Shown piece by piece: positions 48,032 to 58,618 of a stretch of DNA of 64,000 bases; the first letter of the stretch is position 1, and the number at the start of each line of letters is the position of its first letter. The position numbers were made by a program, and so were the translations under genes. The notes beneath the pieces were generated by a model. It was not told the origin of the DNA. It did no database searches and saw only the letters and a program-made list of their open reading frames with translations. The stretch comes from Truepera sp. (GTDB lineage Bacteria; Deinococcota; Deinococci; Deinococcales; Trueperaceae): contig CBDCKW010000009.1 of the NCBI GenBank assembly GCA_965218435.1, positions 1,376,001 to 1,440,000 on the forward strand, given 5' to 3'.

Positions 48032-48847
48032 ATGAGCGTTCAGCTGAGCGTCATTACGGTGACGCACAACCGTGCCCCGCTTTTACGGCAAAAACTAACG
48101 GCCCTGGCGCAGCAAACGTTGCCGCCTGAGCAGTTTGAACTCGTCGTGCTGGAGAACAGCTGTACGGACGAGACAGCAGCGTTATTGGAGAAAACCCAAA
48201 CACCTTATCGTCTACGCGTAGAGAAATCTCAAGTGTTGTTGAGCCCGGCTGAGGCCCGGAACCGCTGCGTAGCGGCAGCGGCGGGCCGGGTGCTCTACTT
48301 CTCGGATGACGACTGTTTGCCCGCGCCGGAAACGTTGCAAAAACATCTGCAGGCACAAAAACATCCGTGTGTGGCAGTGGGGGGGCTCGAGTTTATCTCT
48401 AAAAGCAAAACAGAAGTTTGGCAGCCCAAGCGGGTAGGTTTTTGGAACCTCAACGGGGCCAACACGAGCGTCCCGGCGGCGGCGTTTCACCGTGTCGGCG
48501 GCTTTGATACGTCACTGTCGGGGTACGGTGGGGAAGACATTGCACTCGGGTACGCCCTAAAAAGGCTGCCTTTTGTAGCCTTACCGGACGCAACCGCGCA
48601 GCACCTTGGTCCTAATCCGGCGCGTTCCGGCGACCTCAGCAAAGCGTATAGTGCGGGCCGAAACGCACAGCAGCTGGCAAAACGTTATCCGGCACTTGCC
48701 TACCGGCTGGGCGTTCACCGGGCGCTGCTGGCGCTTAAACGCTTTGCCTTGTTGGGGCCGCCGCGTTTTTTGTGGCGGCGGCTGGACGCTCGGTACGCTT
48801 ACGAACGCGCCTATCTGCTCGGCGCTCTGGAGGAGAAACGTGTCTAA
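48032..48847 (+). CDS. Family 2 glycosyltransferase
   Basis: SVITVTHNR, ARN, FSDDD, GGFD, YGGED. Confidence 0.88.
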   Translation: MSVQLSVITVTHNRAPLLRQKLTALAQQTLPPEQFELVVLENSCTDETAALLEKTQTPYRLRVEKSQVLLSPAEARNRCVAAAAGRVLYFSDDDCLPAPETLQKHLQAQKHPCVAVGGLEFISKSKTEVWQPKRVGFWNLNGANTSVPAAAFHRVGGFDTSLSGYGGEDIALGYALKRLPFVALPDATAQHLGPNPARSGDLSKAYSAGRNAQQLAKRYPALAYRLGVHRALLALKRFALLGPPRFLWRRLDARYAYERAYLLGALEEKRV

Positions 48848-49883
48848 AGCACAAACCGATTTCGATATTACGACGCTTTTGGGTGACGTCTTTGATGGTC
48901 AAACGCTCTCGCAGGCGCGGGCCGAGTGGGTCATGGGTCACCTGATGGACGGGCAGCTCAGTCAGATGCAGGCGGCGGCCCTGTTAGCGGCGCTGCGCAC
49001 GCGGAGCGAAACGGTAGACGAGATTGTCGGGTTCGCGCGGGCGATGCGGGAGCGGGCCGTTCACGTTCCGGTTAAGGTGTCGGGGCCGCTGCTCGATACC
49101 TGCGGCACGGGCGGCACGGGGTTAAGTACCTTTAATATCAGCACGGCGAGCATGTTTGTCTTAGCTGCCGGAAATGTCAAAGTAGCCAAACACGGCAACC
49201 GTGCGGCGACGCGTAAGTCGGGGGCAGCGGATGTGCTCGAGGCGTTGGGAGCACGCCTTGACGGAACCCCCGAACAGCTCGCCGCGTGTATCGAAGAGGT
49301 GGGTTTGGCGTTTATCTTTGCCAAAACGCACCACCCCGCAATGAAATTTGTCGCGCCGATTCGCGCCGACTTGCGGGCGCGTACCATTTTTAACAGCCTT
49401 GGCCCGCTGACGAATCCGGCGGGGGCGAATCGGCAGCTCTTGGGGGTGTACGACCCCAAGTTGACCGAACCGCTCGCACGAGTTTTGGCGGGTCTCGGCG
49501 TCGAGCGGGCGCTCGTTGTTCATGGGGACGGCTTAGACGAGTTGAGCGTCTGCGGCGAAACGCGCGTCACCGAACTTGACGAGGACGGGACGCTGCGTAC
49601 CTACACGGTGCATCCCAAAAGCTTGGGGCTGGGGTTGTACGACCGGCTCGAGCTCTCCGGCGGCACCCCTGAAGAGAACGCCGTCACCATTCGTGCTTTA
49701 TTAAACAACGAGTTGCACGGAGCCAAACGCGATGTGGTTTTGCTCAACGCGGGGGCGGCACTTTATTTGGGTGACCAAGCACCGGATTTAGAAGCGGGCG
49801 CTGAACTGGCTGACGAGTTACTAGACACTGGGGCCGCAGCGGAAAAGTTAGAGGCGTACCTCGAGTTTACGCAGCGGGCGTAA
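48840..49883 (+). CDS. trpD: Anthranilate phosphoribosyltransferase
   Basis: DTCGTGG, FNIST, KHGNR, HPAMK, FNSLGPLTNP, GLDE; GTG 48840 after GGAG. Confidence 0.95.
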   Translation: MSKAQTDFDITTLLGDVFDGQTLSQARAEWVMGHLMDGQLSQMQAAALLAALRTRSETVDEIVGFARAMRERAVHVPVKVSGPLLDTCGTGGTGLSTFNISTASMFVLAAGNVKVAKHGNRAATRKSGAADVLEALGARLDGTPEQLAACIEEVGLAFIFAKTHHPAMKFVAPIRADLRARTIFNSLGPLTNPAGANRQLLGVYDPKLTEPLARVLAGLGVERALVVHGDGLDELSVCGETRVTELDEDGTLRTYTVHPKSLGLGLYDRLELSGGTPEENAVTIRALLNNELHGAKRDVVLLNAGAALYLGDQAPDLEAGAELADELLDTGAAAEKLEAYLEFTQRA

Positions 49884-49959
49884 AGTATTTCAAATGTATA
49901 GCAAGGAGCAGTCCAACGCCTTGCCCTTACACAGAAGATGAAACCTCAGGAAGAACGAC

Positions 49960-50448
49960 GTGAGCGTTAGCCAACTGGTTAGAGAAACTTGGCGCGTCAA
50001 TGACGGGATGAACAAGGTGCTGCTCGAACACCTTACCCCTGACATGCTTAGCGTTCAAACACCCGACAAGAACGGGTCGGTTGCAGGCTACCTAGCACAT
50101 TTGGCGGGGAGCAAAAAGTGGTGGGCGTCGCATCTTAGTAAGGAAGACGCGGCTGGTTTGCCGGACCTCTATCAGGAAACAGAAGGAACCTTCATTGTTG
50201 AAGAAGACATAGAGAAAATCAAAGCGGTGTTCGCGGAGACCAGTCGAACCCTCCTCGAGACTGCCGAACGCGCCGATAACAAAGGGGGGTTACCTTACGC
50301 CTCTATTGATCTCTACCTCGTCCATATGCTGATCCATGACGCACATCACCGGGGACAAATTTTACTGGCACTCAGAGCGGCAGGTCACGCGCCCCCTGAT
50401 GAAGACACATTTTGGGGAGGGTGGTGGCCTGAGCAAAGTTCGTCATAA
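49960..50448 (+). CDS. DinB family protein
   Basis: LAHL...HMLIHDAHHRGQI. Confidence 0.85.
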   Translation: MSVSQLVRETWRVNDGMNKVLLEHLTPDMLSVQTPDKNGSVAGYLAHLAGSKKWWASHLSKEDAAGLPDLYQETEGTFIVEEDIEKIKAVFAETSRTLLETAERADNKGGLPYASIDLYLVHMLIHDAHHRGQILLALRAAGHAPPDEDTFWGGWWPEQSSS

Positions 50449-50600
50449 CACTTAAGTCGAACATAGCAGGGTTTATAAAGTAGCAATTCGTTAGAGGACC
50501 AACGAGTCACGTCGCCTCAATAAGCAAATGAACCATGACCTACTCGGGCCAGTGCTTCCAAATACATTTGAACCAAAGTGAACCGCGAGAACGAACTGTT

Positions 50601-50630
50601 AACGCCGCCAGTCTCCCGGCGGCGTTTTTT
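50601..50630. terminator. Terminator between convergent dinB and ftsH
   Basis: AACGCCGCC-AGTCTCCC-GGCGGCGTTTTT. Confidence 0.7.
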
Positions 50631-50644
50631 GTACAGCAGATAAG

Positions 50645-52543
50645 TCAGCTCGGTTTTGGCATCATCCCCGGCGGCAACATCGGCCCTTTCGACGGTTTGT
50701 CGGGTTGGCTGGGGGTTGGCGGCGCTACGTCGAGCGGCGCTTCGTAAGGGACTTCGGGGAGCGTTTCACCCCGCATGACGGCCGCGAACTCTTCAGCGTG
50801 GAGCGTTTCGCGCTCTAACAGGACGCGGACGATGGTCTCGAGCCCTTCCCGGTTTTCTTTTAAGAGATTCAAAATGCGGGTGTACTGAACGTCAATAATC
50901 TCTTTGATCTCATTGTCCACCATCCGGGCGGTCTCTTCACTGTATGAGCGCATCCCCTCCATCTCACCTAAGTAAGACTCGGAACCGCTCGAGAGGGCCA
51001 CGCGCCCAAGTGCGTCACTCATGCCCCAGTTGGTGACCATCCGTTTGGCAATGTTCGTCGCTTGCTGAAAGTCGCTCTGTGCCCCGGTGGTGATGTCGTC
51101 GAAGATGATCTCTTCGGCGGCGCGTCCGGCTAGCGCGACGCCGACGGTATCTAGGAGCATGTCGCGCGACATATACATCCGGTCCTCTTCGGCGACGCGC
51201 ATCACGTAACCGCCTGCACGTCCACGCGGGACGATCGTAATTTTGTGAACGGGATCGGCGTGCGGCAGCAAAAATGCAGCGAGCGCGTGGCCCCCTTCGT
51301 GGTAGGCGGTGATCTTTTTCTCTTTCGGGCTGATGATCCGGCTCCGGCGCTCGGGTCCCATCACCACGCGGTCGGCGGCCTCATCGAGGTCTTTGGGCAA
51401 AATCTCTTTACGGTTTGCGCGGGCCGCCACGAGCGCCGCTTCGTTGAGGAGGTTCTCGAGGTCAGCTCCGACAAAGCCCGGTGTGCGTTTGGCCACGGTT
51501 TTAAGTTCAACACTTTTCGCGAGCGGTTTACCGCGCGAATGAATCTGCAAAATGGCTTCGCGGCCCCGCATATCGGGCGCGTCTACCACAACCTGCCGGT
51601 CAAAACGGCCGGGGCGCAAAAGGGCCGGGTCGAGCACGTCGGGGCGGTTCGTCGCGGCGATGATGATGATGTCATGCTTCGACTCGAAACCGTCCATCTC
51701 GACTAACAGCGCATTTAAGGTCTGCTCGCGTTCGTCGTTGCCGCCGTTGATATTCATCCCCCGGCGACGCCCCACTGCGTCAATCTCATCAATAAAGACG
51801 ATACACGGCGCACTCTTTTTGGCGTTTTCAAACAGGTCGCGGACACGGGCTGCGCCGACGCCGACAAACATCTCGACAAAATCCGACCCCGAGATGCTAA
51901 AAAATGGCACTTTGGCCTCACCCGCGACGGCTTTAGCGAGGTGTGTTTTACCCGATCCGGGCGGACCGACCATCAACACGCCGTGCGGAATTCGCGCTCC
52001 GAGCGCGTGAAATTTGCTGGGATTTTTAAGAAACTCGACGACTTCAAAAAGGTCGTTTTTAGCCTCTTCGACCCCCGCAACGTCTCGAAAGAGCGTCTGC
52101 GAGTTTTCTTCGGTGATGACGCGGGCTCGAGACTTGCCAAACTGCATCGCGCCGTCGCCGCCCGAACGCATCCCGCGCATCAAGTACCACAAAAAGGCGA
52201 CCATCAAGAGAATCGGCAACAGAGCAATTAACAGTCCACCCCAGTTCTGGCTGCGCGGGGCGACCTCGAGGTTGGGGACTTGTTTCTCGAGCGCGTTAAG
52301 TTCGTCGGTCGTTAAGGGCGCGTTGACGCGGGTGGTATAGGTTTCGCCACTTTTAGCTTTCACGTCTAGCGCGAGGTCTTTAACGGTGATGGCGTCAATC
52401 TGGGCACCGGCGAGCTGCCGGGAGAAGTAGGTGTAACTCTGCGTATCGGCACGGTTACGGGCGTTATTTTGCGAAGCGACGAAGACGACAAACCCTAAAA
52501 CTGCAGCTCCGATCAGAAGACTGCGTATCGGAAATTTCCCCAT
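50645..52543 (-). CDS. ftsH: ATP-dependent zinc metalloprotease FtsH
   Basis: 2 TM helices, [26 protein letters not shown]. Confidence 0.97.
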   Translation of the reverse strand: MGKFPIRSLLIGAAVLGFVVFVASQNNARNRADTQSYTYFSRQLAGAQIDAITVKDLALDVKAKSGETYTTRVNAPLTTDELNALEKQVPNLEVAPRSQNWGGLLIALLPILLMVAFLWYLMRGMRSGGDGAMQFGKSRARVITEENSQTLFRDVAGVEEAKNDLFEVVEFLKNPSKFHALGARIPHGVLMVGPPGSGKTHLAKAVAGEAKVPFFSISGSDFVEMFVGVGAARVRDLFENAKKSAPCIVFIDEIDAVGRRRGMNINGGNDEREQTLNALLVEMDGFESKHDIIIIAATNRPDVLDPALLRPGRFDRQVVVDAPDMRGREAILQIHSRGKPLAKSVELKTVAKRTPGFVGADLENLLNEAALVAARANRKEILPKDLDEAADRVVMGPERRSRIISPKEKKITAYHEGGHALAAFLLPHADPVHKITIVPRGRAGGYVMRVAEEDRMYMSRDMLLDTVGVALAGRAAEEIIFDDITTGAQSDFQQATNIAKRMVTNWGMSDALGRVALSSGSESYLGEMEGMRSYSEETARMVDNEIKEIIDVQYTRILNLLKENREGLETIVRVLLERETLHAEEFAAVMRGETLPEVPYEAPLDVAPPTPSQPDKPSKGPMLPPGMMPKPS

Positions 52544-52633
52544 AGGTTAGTCTACTCTGTCCAGCGCACAAATGTATGGGGGAAAAGTAGCAATATACAA
52601 GGACTTTGCTACCTATGACTCATTGCTGCTTTG

Positions 52634-53965
52634 TTATTGCTGTTTGGCCAGGTCGTTAAACCGCACGTGCGCGTTGTGAAACTGCAGCTCAACGGTTCCC
52701 ACCGGGCCGTTACGCTGTTTGCCCAAGATGATCTCGGCGATGCCCTGCTTTTCCGAATGCGGGTCGTAGTATTCGTCGCGGTAGATAAACATCACCAAAT
52801 CTGCGTCTTGTTCAATCGCGCCTGATTCACGTAAGTCTGAAAGCATCGGGCGTTTGTTGGGCCGCGACTCAACGGCCCGGGAGAGCTGCGATAAAACTAA
52901 AACCGGAATATCGAGTTCACGAGCTAGAGCTTTAAGACCCCGTGAGATGTTTGAAATCTCTTGCTGCCGGTTTTCTCCGCCCCCGCTCCGACTCGAGCCC
53001 TGCATCAGCTGCAGATAGTCAATCACGATCAGTCCCAGATTGTGTTCAGCCATCAGTCTGCGTGAACGGCTCCGCAGCTCCATCACCGTCATGTCGGCCG
53101 CGTCGTCAATAAAGATTTTGGCTTCGGACATCCGTCCGGCAGTGTCGGCCAAACGCTGAAAATCGCGGTCTGAGAGCTGTCCGTTCCGGACCCGGCTCAT
53201 GTCTACGCGGGCTTCGCTGCAGAGCATCCGCATGACGAGCTGGACGGCGGACATCTCGAGCGAAAAAATGCCTACGGTTGTGCCCTCACGGAGTGCTACA
53301 GCCTGACCAATGGTCAGGGCTAGGGCCGTTTTGCCCATACTTGGCCTTGCTGCCAATACATTCAGGCTCGAGGGTTGCAGCCCCGCCGTCATATTGTCGA
53401 GTTCCTTAAACCCCGTTCTGAGGCCGGTAATCGGATCGGGGTTGGTAAACAGTTCGTTAATCTGCGCAAACGAGTCGGCAACCAAAGACGGCATCCCCTC
53501 GAAGGCGTGAGTGCGCTTGTTTGACGACAGTTCAAAGATGCCCGACTCGGCCTTATCTAAAATCTGCTCTAAGGGTAGCGCCTGGTCATACGCCGTCTGC
53601 ATAATCGAGCCAGACGCCGAGATCAAATCGCGTAACACCGCTTTTTCGGCAACAATCCGGGCGTAACTCTCGGCGTAGGCGGCGGTCGGTACGCTGTCGG
53701 CCAAACCGATCAAATACGGAACGCTGCCGACAGTCTCCAACTCACCTGTTTGCCGCAACTCTTCAGTCAAGGTCACCAAGTCCATCGGTTCGTTGCGCCG
53801 GAAGAGCCGTTCGCACGCCCGCCAGATTTTACGGTGCGATTCTTTGTAAAAATGCTCGGCTTGGAGCGTGCCTTCAATCTGCGCGTAGACTTCGTTATCT
53901 AACAAAATGCTGCCCAGCACGCTCTGTTCGGCCTCGAGGTTTTGCGGTGGGGTGCGACTTTCCAT
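52634..53965 (-). CDS. dnaB: Replicative DNA helicase
   Basis: AARPSMGKT, FSLEM, IDYLQL, SQLSR, DLRESGAIEQDAD; no intein. Confidence 0.97.
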   Translation of the reverse strand: MESRTPPQNLEAEQSVLGSILLDNEVYAQIEGTLQAEHFYKESHRKIWRACERLFRRNEPMDLVTLTEELRQTGELETVGSVPYLIGLADSVPTAAYAESYARIVAEKAVLRDLISASGSIMQTAYDQALPLEQILDKAESGIFELSSNKRTHAFEGMPSLVADSFAQINELFTNPDPITGLRTGFKELDNMTAGLQPSSLNVLAARPSMGKTALALTIGQAVALREGTTVGIFSLEMSAVQLVMRMLCSEARVDMSRVRNGQLSDRDFQRLADTAGRMSEAKIFIDDAADMTVMELRSRSRRLMAEHNLGLIVIDYLQLMQGSSRSGGGENRQQEISNISRGLKALARELDIPVLVLSQLSRAVESRPNKRPMLSDLRESGAIEQDADLVMFIYRDEYYDPHSEKQGIAEIILGKQRNGPVGTVELQFHNAHVRFNDLAKQQ

Positions 53966-54061
53966 TACAGATGACCGAGGGTAGATAGATAAGAGCCGGG
54001 TGGGGGAGCGAGTAGGGTCACGACTAAGAATTGTACCGGATTGACAAATGCCCGGAAAAGG

Positions 54062-55237
54062 TTATAGCAGCTTGAGGAGTAGACGCAAAAAGTAAGGCAC
54101 ATATTGAGGTCGCCAACCCAGGACCGTACCCTGCCAGTCGCGAAAACGCCCGTGGTAGACGAGGGCGCGGTGAATCAGGGCGAGTACCATGACATCGTTT
54201 AGAAGGTCGGCGTCGTCGGGTAAGTCCGACGCTCGCAAGTAGGTCTGCCACAGCTTAGGTGCGGCGTCCGGGTACCTTTGACGTAGCGGCAACGTATGCC
54301 GCGCCGGAAGTGACAGCCACGCTAAAAACCAGCCGAGGTCGAGCAGCGGATGAGCTACGCACGCTTCACTCAGGTCAAACCACACGAGGTCGCAGCCGAC
54401 AAGCGCGTTCATCGGATGCGCGTCGCCGTGTGCCGGTAACAGGGGCAAGTTCAGCGCCGACACCCGGTTATGTGCGTTTCTGATACGAGGCAGCTGTGCT
54501 TGTAGATGAGACGTTTGCGCTTCGGTTAAGCCCCAGCGACGCAAGGTGTCGGTAGCGTGTAAAAAGCCTTCGGCCTGATTTGCCAGCGCCGCAAAATCGT
54601 AAACCGGACACCCTAACTTTTGCAGTGCGGCCGCGTCTGCCCGGCGCTGCAAGTGAGCGAGCTTAGTCACGGCTGTGTTCCAAAGGGCTAGTTCCCGTGT
54701 TTCGCTCAGCCGGAGGCCGCAGTCTCGTGTGACTAACACGCTGCGCTTTTCGTCCCAAGTGATGACGTTCGGTAGTAAGTCGGGGTGCTGCGCCGCCAGC
54801 TGAGCGGTTAGGGCGGCCTCGAGCCCCGTCTCCGAAGCTTTGAGATAAACGGTTTGCTGCTCAGTTTTCACCCGTAAAACACAAACGAGATCATTGGTGC
54901 TGACCTGCTCCGTTGTCTCCAGCGGTTCACCAAGCGCCTCACTTAACCAGTCCAGCGTGTCCCTATACCAACCCGGTTGCTGCCACGCTCTCGCGTGCTC
55001 GAGCCCCGGATAATCTGGGGCCGCGCCGGAATCCTCGAGCCTCACCACAAAACTCTCTCGGTCTAAACCCAAACGGTCTAAGCCTAACTCGAGACCGCCG
55101 CCGTGAAGCACAAAGGCGTCCCGGCCCGTTCTCTCGAAAAAAGCTCTCCGCAACCCCTCCGGTGTGGTCTGCTCGGGAGTCACCTCGGTAGGGGGCAGCG
55201 TTATTCCGGCGGAAGAAACAAAAGTGACGCGGGGCAC
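54062..55237 (-). CDS. Aminoglycoside phosphotransferase-like kinase
   Basis: VYLKA, HGDAHPMN, WFD; leaderless TAAGCT-N6-GTG. Confidence 0.75.
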   Translation of the reverse strand: MPRVTFVSSAGITLPPTEVTPEQTTPEGLRRAFFERTGRDAFVLHGGGLELGLDRLGLDRESFVVRLEDSGAAPDYPGLEHARAWQQPGWYRDTLDWLSEALGEPLETTEQVSTNDLVCVLRVKTEQQTVYLKASETGLEAALTAQLAAQHPDLLPNVITWDEKRSVLVTRDCGLRLSETRELALWNTAVTKLAHLQRRADAAALQKLGCPVYDFAALANQAEGFLHATDTLRRWGLTEAQTSHLQAQLPRIRNAHNRVSALNLPLLPAHGDAHPMNALVGCDLVWFDLSEACVAHPLLDLGWFLAWLSLPARHTLPLRQRYPDAAPKLWQTYLRASDLPDDADLLNDVMVLALIHRALVYHGRFRDWQGTVLGWRPQYVPYFLRLLLKLL

Positions 55238-55291
55238 GCGCCCAGCTTACCGCCCAGCTCGCTCTTCTCGGCCGCTATACTGGTCTTGACT

Positions 55292-56062
55292 ATGGCGGTA
55301 GAAACGCGTCAGACGCTGATTGATGGGGTTGAGGGGGCTTTAGCAGAGCAACCGTTCGTTTACGCCGCGTGGCTCGAGGGGGCCGACGCTGCCGGAACTG
55401 CCGATAAGTATTCGGACATTGACCTCTGGGCTGACGTTGAAGCGGGAGCTGAAGCGCAGGTCTTTGCGAGTATTAGAGCGGCGCTTCTGGGGCTTGGCCC
55501 GTTGGATTTAGAGCAAGACGCCGCGCATCCTCACCCACAGCTCGAGCAACGGTTTTACCGGCTCGCAGACGTGTCACCATTTTAGTTTATTGACGTGTGT
55601 TTGCAGCAGCACGGGCGTGAGACCGTATTTACCCCGGCTGACCCGTTTCTCGTACTTTTTGACCGGAGCGGAGTCATCCGAACGGCTGAAATGCAGCTAG
55701 ACCGTACCGAAATCGAGCGCGCCGTGCAGTTATTAACAGCTGCCTGGTGGCGGCGGGTGCTCGTACTTAAAGAAATTAGAAGAGGCCATCTGCTCGAGGC
55801 GCTCGGCTACTATCACACAGAAGTTTTAGACCCGCTGACCGAGCTTTTACGGCTGCGTTACTGCCCTGCCAAACGGGGCTACGGCCTCAAGCATCTTTAC
55901 GCCGACTTGCCGGGTGAGGTTATAGGGAGGCTCGAGGCGCTTTACCGCGTCTCTACGTTGAGCGAGTTGCCCGCTGCTACCCAACAGGCTGATGAATTTT
56001 TTAGAAGGGAGCTCGAGGCTTTTTGTCTGACCAATCTGCCTCATCCGGGGCGAGTACAATAG
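55292..56062 (+). pseudogene. Nucleotidyltransferase-like protein with an in-frame TAG at 55583
   Basis: WLEGADA.G..D.YSDID; ORFs 55103-55585 and 55595-56062 share a frame across SPF*FIDVC. Confidence 0.75.
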
Positions 56063-56066
56063 GCCC

Positions 56067-57773
56067 GTGTCAGTTTTTACTGCCCTACTCGCCCTCGTCG
56101 TCTCTTACGTCGTCGGGTCGTTGCCGTTAGGTGGACGCTGGGTGGCGCTCCTGAGCGGCCAAAATCCGGCGACGACGAGCGCCCATAACTTAGGTGTTGA
56201 AAACCTCTTGCGCTTCGTCGGTGTTCCGGCGGCGCTCGGCTCATTTTTACTCGATGTGGTTAAGGGGAGCTTAGCCCTTGCGTTTTTTGCCGGTAACCCT
56301 TGGGCGGCGCTCGGCGTTTACGCAGGGCATCTGTATCCGCTCTCACTGTATCTCCCGTGGTGGCGCGGTGAGCTTCCGCGTGGGCGCGGGAACGGGGTGC
56401 TGCTGGGCATTCTCGCAGGACTGTGGGCTTACGGCGGTGTTCCTTTTGTCTTGACGCTGGTGCCGCTGCTTTTTTACGTCGCGCTGCTGAGCTGGTACCG
56501 TTACGTCTCGCTAGCGACGACGGCGGGGCTGCTGAGTTTGCCCCTGCTCGCTTTGGGCGCACCCGGGTATCTGCCTGCGTTACTCGGCGTGACCTTGCTG
56601 GGGCTCTGGCGTCACAAGGTCAGTCTGGCCCGTATTTTGGACGGGACCGAGGCGCAACTCGGTGACCCGCTGCCGGTACGGGGCGTAGACCCGAACGTGG
56701 TTTACGCCGCGTTTATGATCCATCCGCTGACGCTGGACGACCTCTGGGGGTCGCCGAGTACACACTGGTTGGGGCCGTTGGTTCGGCGTGGCTGGCTACC
56801 TGAACCGCTCGTCCGGCTTTCGGTTCGCTGGCTCCGCCCGCAGTGGCGCGGCGATATTCGTGGGGTGACCCTTGCTGACGGGCGCGAACTGCGGGTGATG
56901 CTCATCGGTGGCCCGATGCTGCCCGACCAGATTCGGCGTTACCCGGACGAAGCCCTGCGGATGGCGACGCAGGGTGCGCGGCTCGCCTTTGAACTGGGCG
57001 CTGAAGCGTTCGGGTTGGGCGCGTTTTGGTCTACGGTCGGCCACAAAGGTCTGGACGTTCAGGTGGCGGTGCCTGAACTGCCCGTAACCAACGGTGGCGC
57101 GTACACCGCCGGGACGGTGCGGGCTGCACTGCCGGGGTTGCTGAGGCGGTTTGAGGCTTCGGGGGCGGCGCTTGCCGGGGCAACCGCTGCCGTTGTCGGG
57201 GCCAATGGGGTCGTCGCCTTCGGCATCGCCCGCACCGTGGCCCCCGAAGTGGCGCGGCTGATTCTAATTGGCCGAGACGCCGAGCGGTTAGCTAAAAGCG
57301 CCCGTACGCTCCTGCGTAAATATCCACAGACCGACATTCTCGTCTCGACCGATATAGGGCGGGCTTCGGGAGCTGACCTGGTTTTTACCGCCACATCCGA
57401 CCCGGAACCGGTAATTTTCGCGCAGCACGTCAAACCGGGCGCGTGGGTCTTCGACCTGGGTCGCCCCGCCGACGTAGACGAGAGCGTCCGTCAGGTACCG
57501 GGTGTGGAGCTGATTCCCGGCGGCGTCGTGCGGCCACCGGGCGCGGCGCGAAGTTCACTCGATCTGCACTTCGGCGACGGCCTGGTCCCAGCGTGCCTCG
57601 CTGAAACGATGATTATGACGGCGAGTCGCGCCTTTGAACGCCAATCTCTTGGAGAGCACACGAAAGAGGCAAATATCGCGTTTTATGTTGCCGAAGGGGA
57701 GCGGCTCGGCTTTGAAGTGGTGACCGGCGACCCGCAGCGGCCCGTAGCAGCGCCTATATTAGAGGTTACGTGA
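56067..57773 (+). CDS. PlsY-like acyltransferase fused to an acyl-ACP-reductase-like NAD(P)-binding domain
   Basis: N-terminal SYVVGSLP..NLG..N, DVVKG, GHLYP, GRGNG; C-terminal GLGAF, TNG..YTA, AVVGANG, D.GRP.DV, GGVV, ACLAETM. Confidence 0.8.
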   Translation: MSVFTALLALVVSYVVGSLPLGGRWVALLSGQNPATTSAHNLGVENLLRFVGVPAALGSFLLDVVKGSLALAFFAGNPWAALGVYAGHLYPLSLYLPWWRGELPRGRGNGVLLGILAGLWAYGGVPFVLTLVPLLFYVALLSWYRYVSLATTAGLLSLPLLALGAPGYLPALLGVTLLGLWRHKVSLARILDGTEAQLGDPLPVRGVDPNVVYAAFMIHPLTLDDLWGSPSTHWLGPLVRRGWLPEPLVRLSVRWLRPQWRGDIRGVTLADGRELRVMLIGGPMLPDQIRRYPDEALRMATQGARLAFELGAEAFGLGAFWSTVGHKGLDVQVAVPELPVTNGGAYTAGTVRAALPGLLRRFEASGAALAGATAAVVGANGVVAFGIARTVAPEVARLILIGRDAERLAKSARTLLRKYPQTDILVSTDIGRASGADLVFTATSDPEPVIFAQHVKPGAWVFDLGRPADVDESVRQVPGVELIPGGVVRPPGAARSSLDLHFGDGLVPACLAETMIMTASRAFERQSLGEHTKEANIAFYVAEGERLGFEVVTGDPQRPVAAPILEVT

Positions 57774-57811
57774 CAGGTTTTAGATGATAGGTTCTAAATG
57801 ACAGGCTTTAG

Positions 57812-58618
57812 ATGACAGCCTCCAGTCAAAGCGTAGCCTTTCGGATGACCGGAAGTCCCGAAAACCCGGACGTCGCGCGGTTGTGGGACTACGGTTGTAC
57901 CGGCATTTTAGAAGTGGACGGTGAACTCGTCGCGTATTTTGACGCGCTCATTGACCTTCCTTTTGACGGTCAGTGGGAAACGGTCGGCGATACGGATTGG
58001 GTGGCGGATTACCACCGGACGCTGCAGCCGGTCACTATCGGGCGGCTCGTGGTTGCGCCGACCCATCATACGGTGACGCTTGCCGCGCCGCAACGCCCGC
58101 TCTGGCTCGATCCGGGGATGGCGTTTGGCAGCGGGCATCACGAAACGACCTATCTGGCACTCGCGGCGCTCGAGCAAACCCCCCTGCGCGGTCTCCGAGT
58201 TCTCGACGTGGGCTCGGGGTCGGGTGTGCTAGCCATCGCTGCCGACCTGCTGGGCGCAGCCGACGCCGAAGGTTTAGACATTGACCCCGATACGGTGCCG
58301 GTAGCCGCAGCGAACGCCGTGCTCAACTTGTCCAGAGCGCATTTTTCCGTCGGGACACTGAGAAACGAGGTAGAGCCCGCCGACCTTATCGTCGCTAACC
58401 TCTTTGCCGAACTGCACGCGGAACTGGCCCCGGCCTACTTCGCCGCCCTTAAACCGGGAGGCTCGCTCTTTGCAACCGGGATTTTAGCTGAACGTGAACA
58501 GATTGCCAGAGACGCGCTGAACGCGCTTTTTAGTGACCTCGAGACCCAAACTAAAGGCGAATGGGTGCTCTTCAAGGCGCAAAAACCTGTGCGAGCACAA
58601 GAACAGGGACGCGTGTGA
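57812..58618 (+). CDS. prmA: Ribosomal protein L11 methyltransferase
   Basis: LDPGMAFGSGHHETT, VLDVGSGSGVL, VANL. Confidence 0.92.
   Translation: MTASSQSVAFRMTGSPENPDVARLWDYGCTGILEVDGELVAYFDALIDLPFDGQWETVGDTDWVADYHRTLQPVTIGRLVVAPTHHTVTLAAPQRPLWLDPGMAFGSGHHETTYLALAALEQTPLRGLRVLDVGSGSGVLAIAADLLGAADAEGLDIDPDTVPVAAANAVLNLSRAHFSVGTLRNEVEPADLIVANLFAELHAELAPAYFAALKPGGSLFATGILAEREQIARDALNALFSDLETQTKGEWVLFKAQKPVRAQEQGRV

Noticed and set aside
52634..53965. Intein in DnaB
   Set aside because: 443 aa with contiguous helicase motifs
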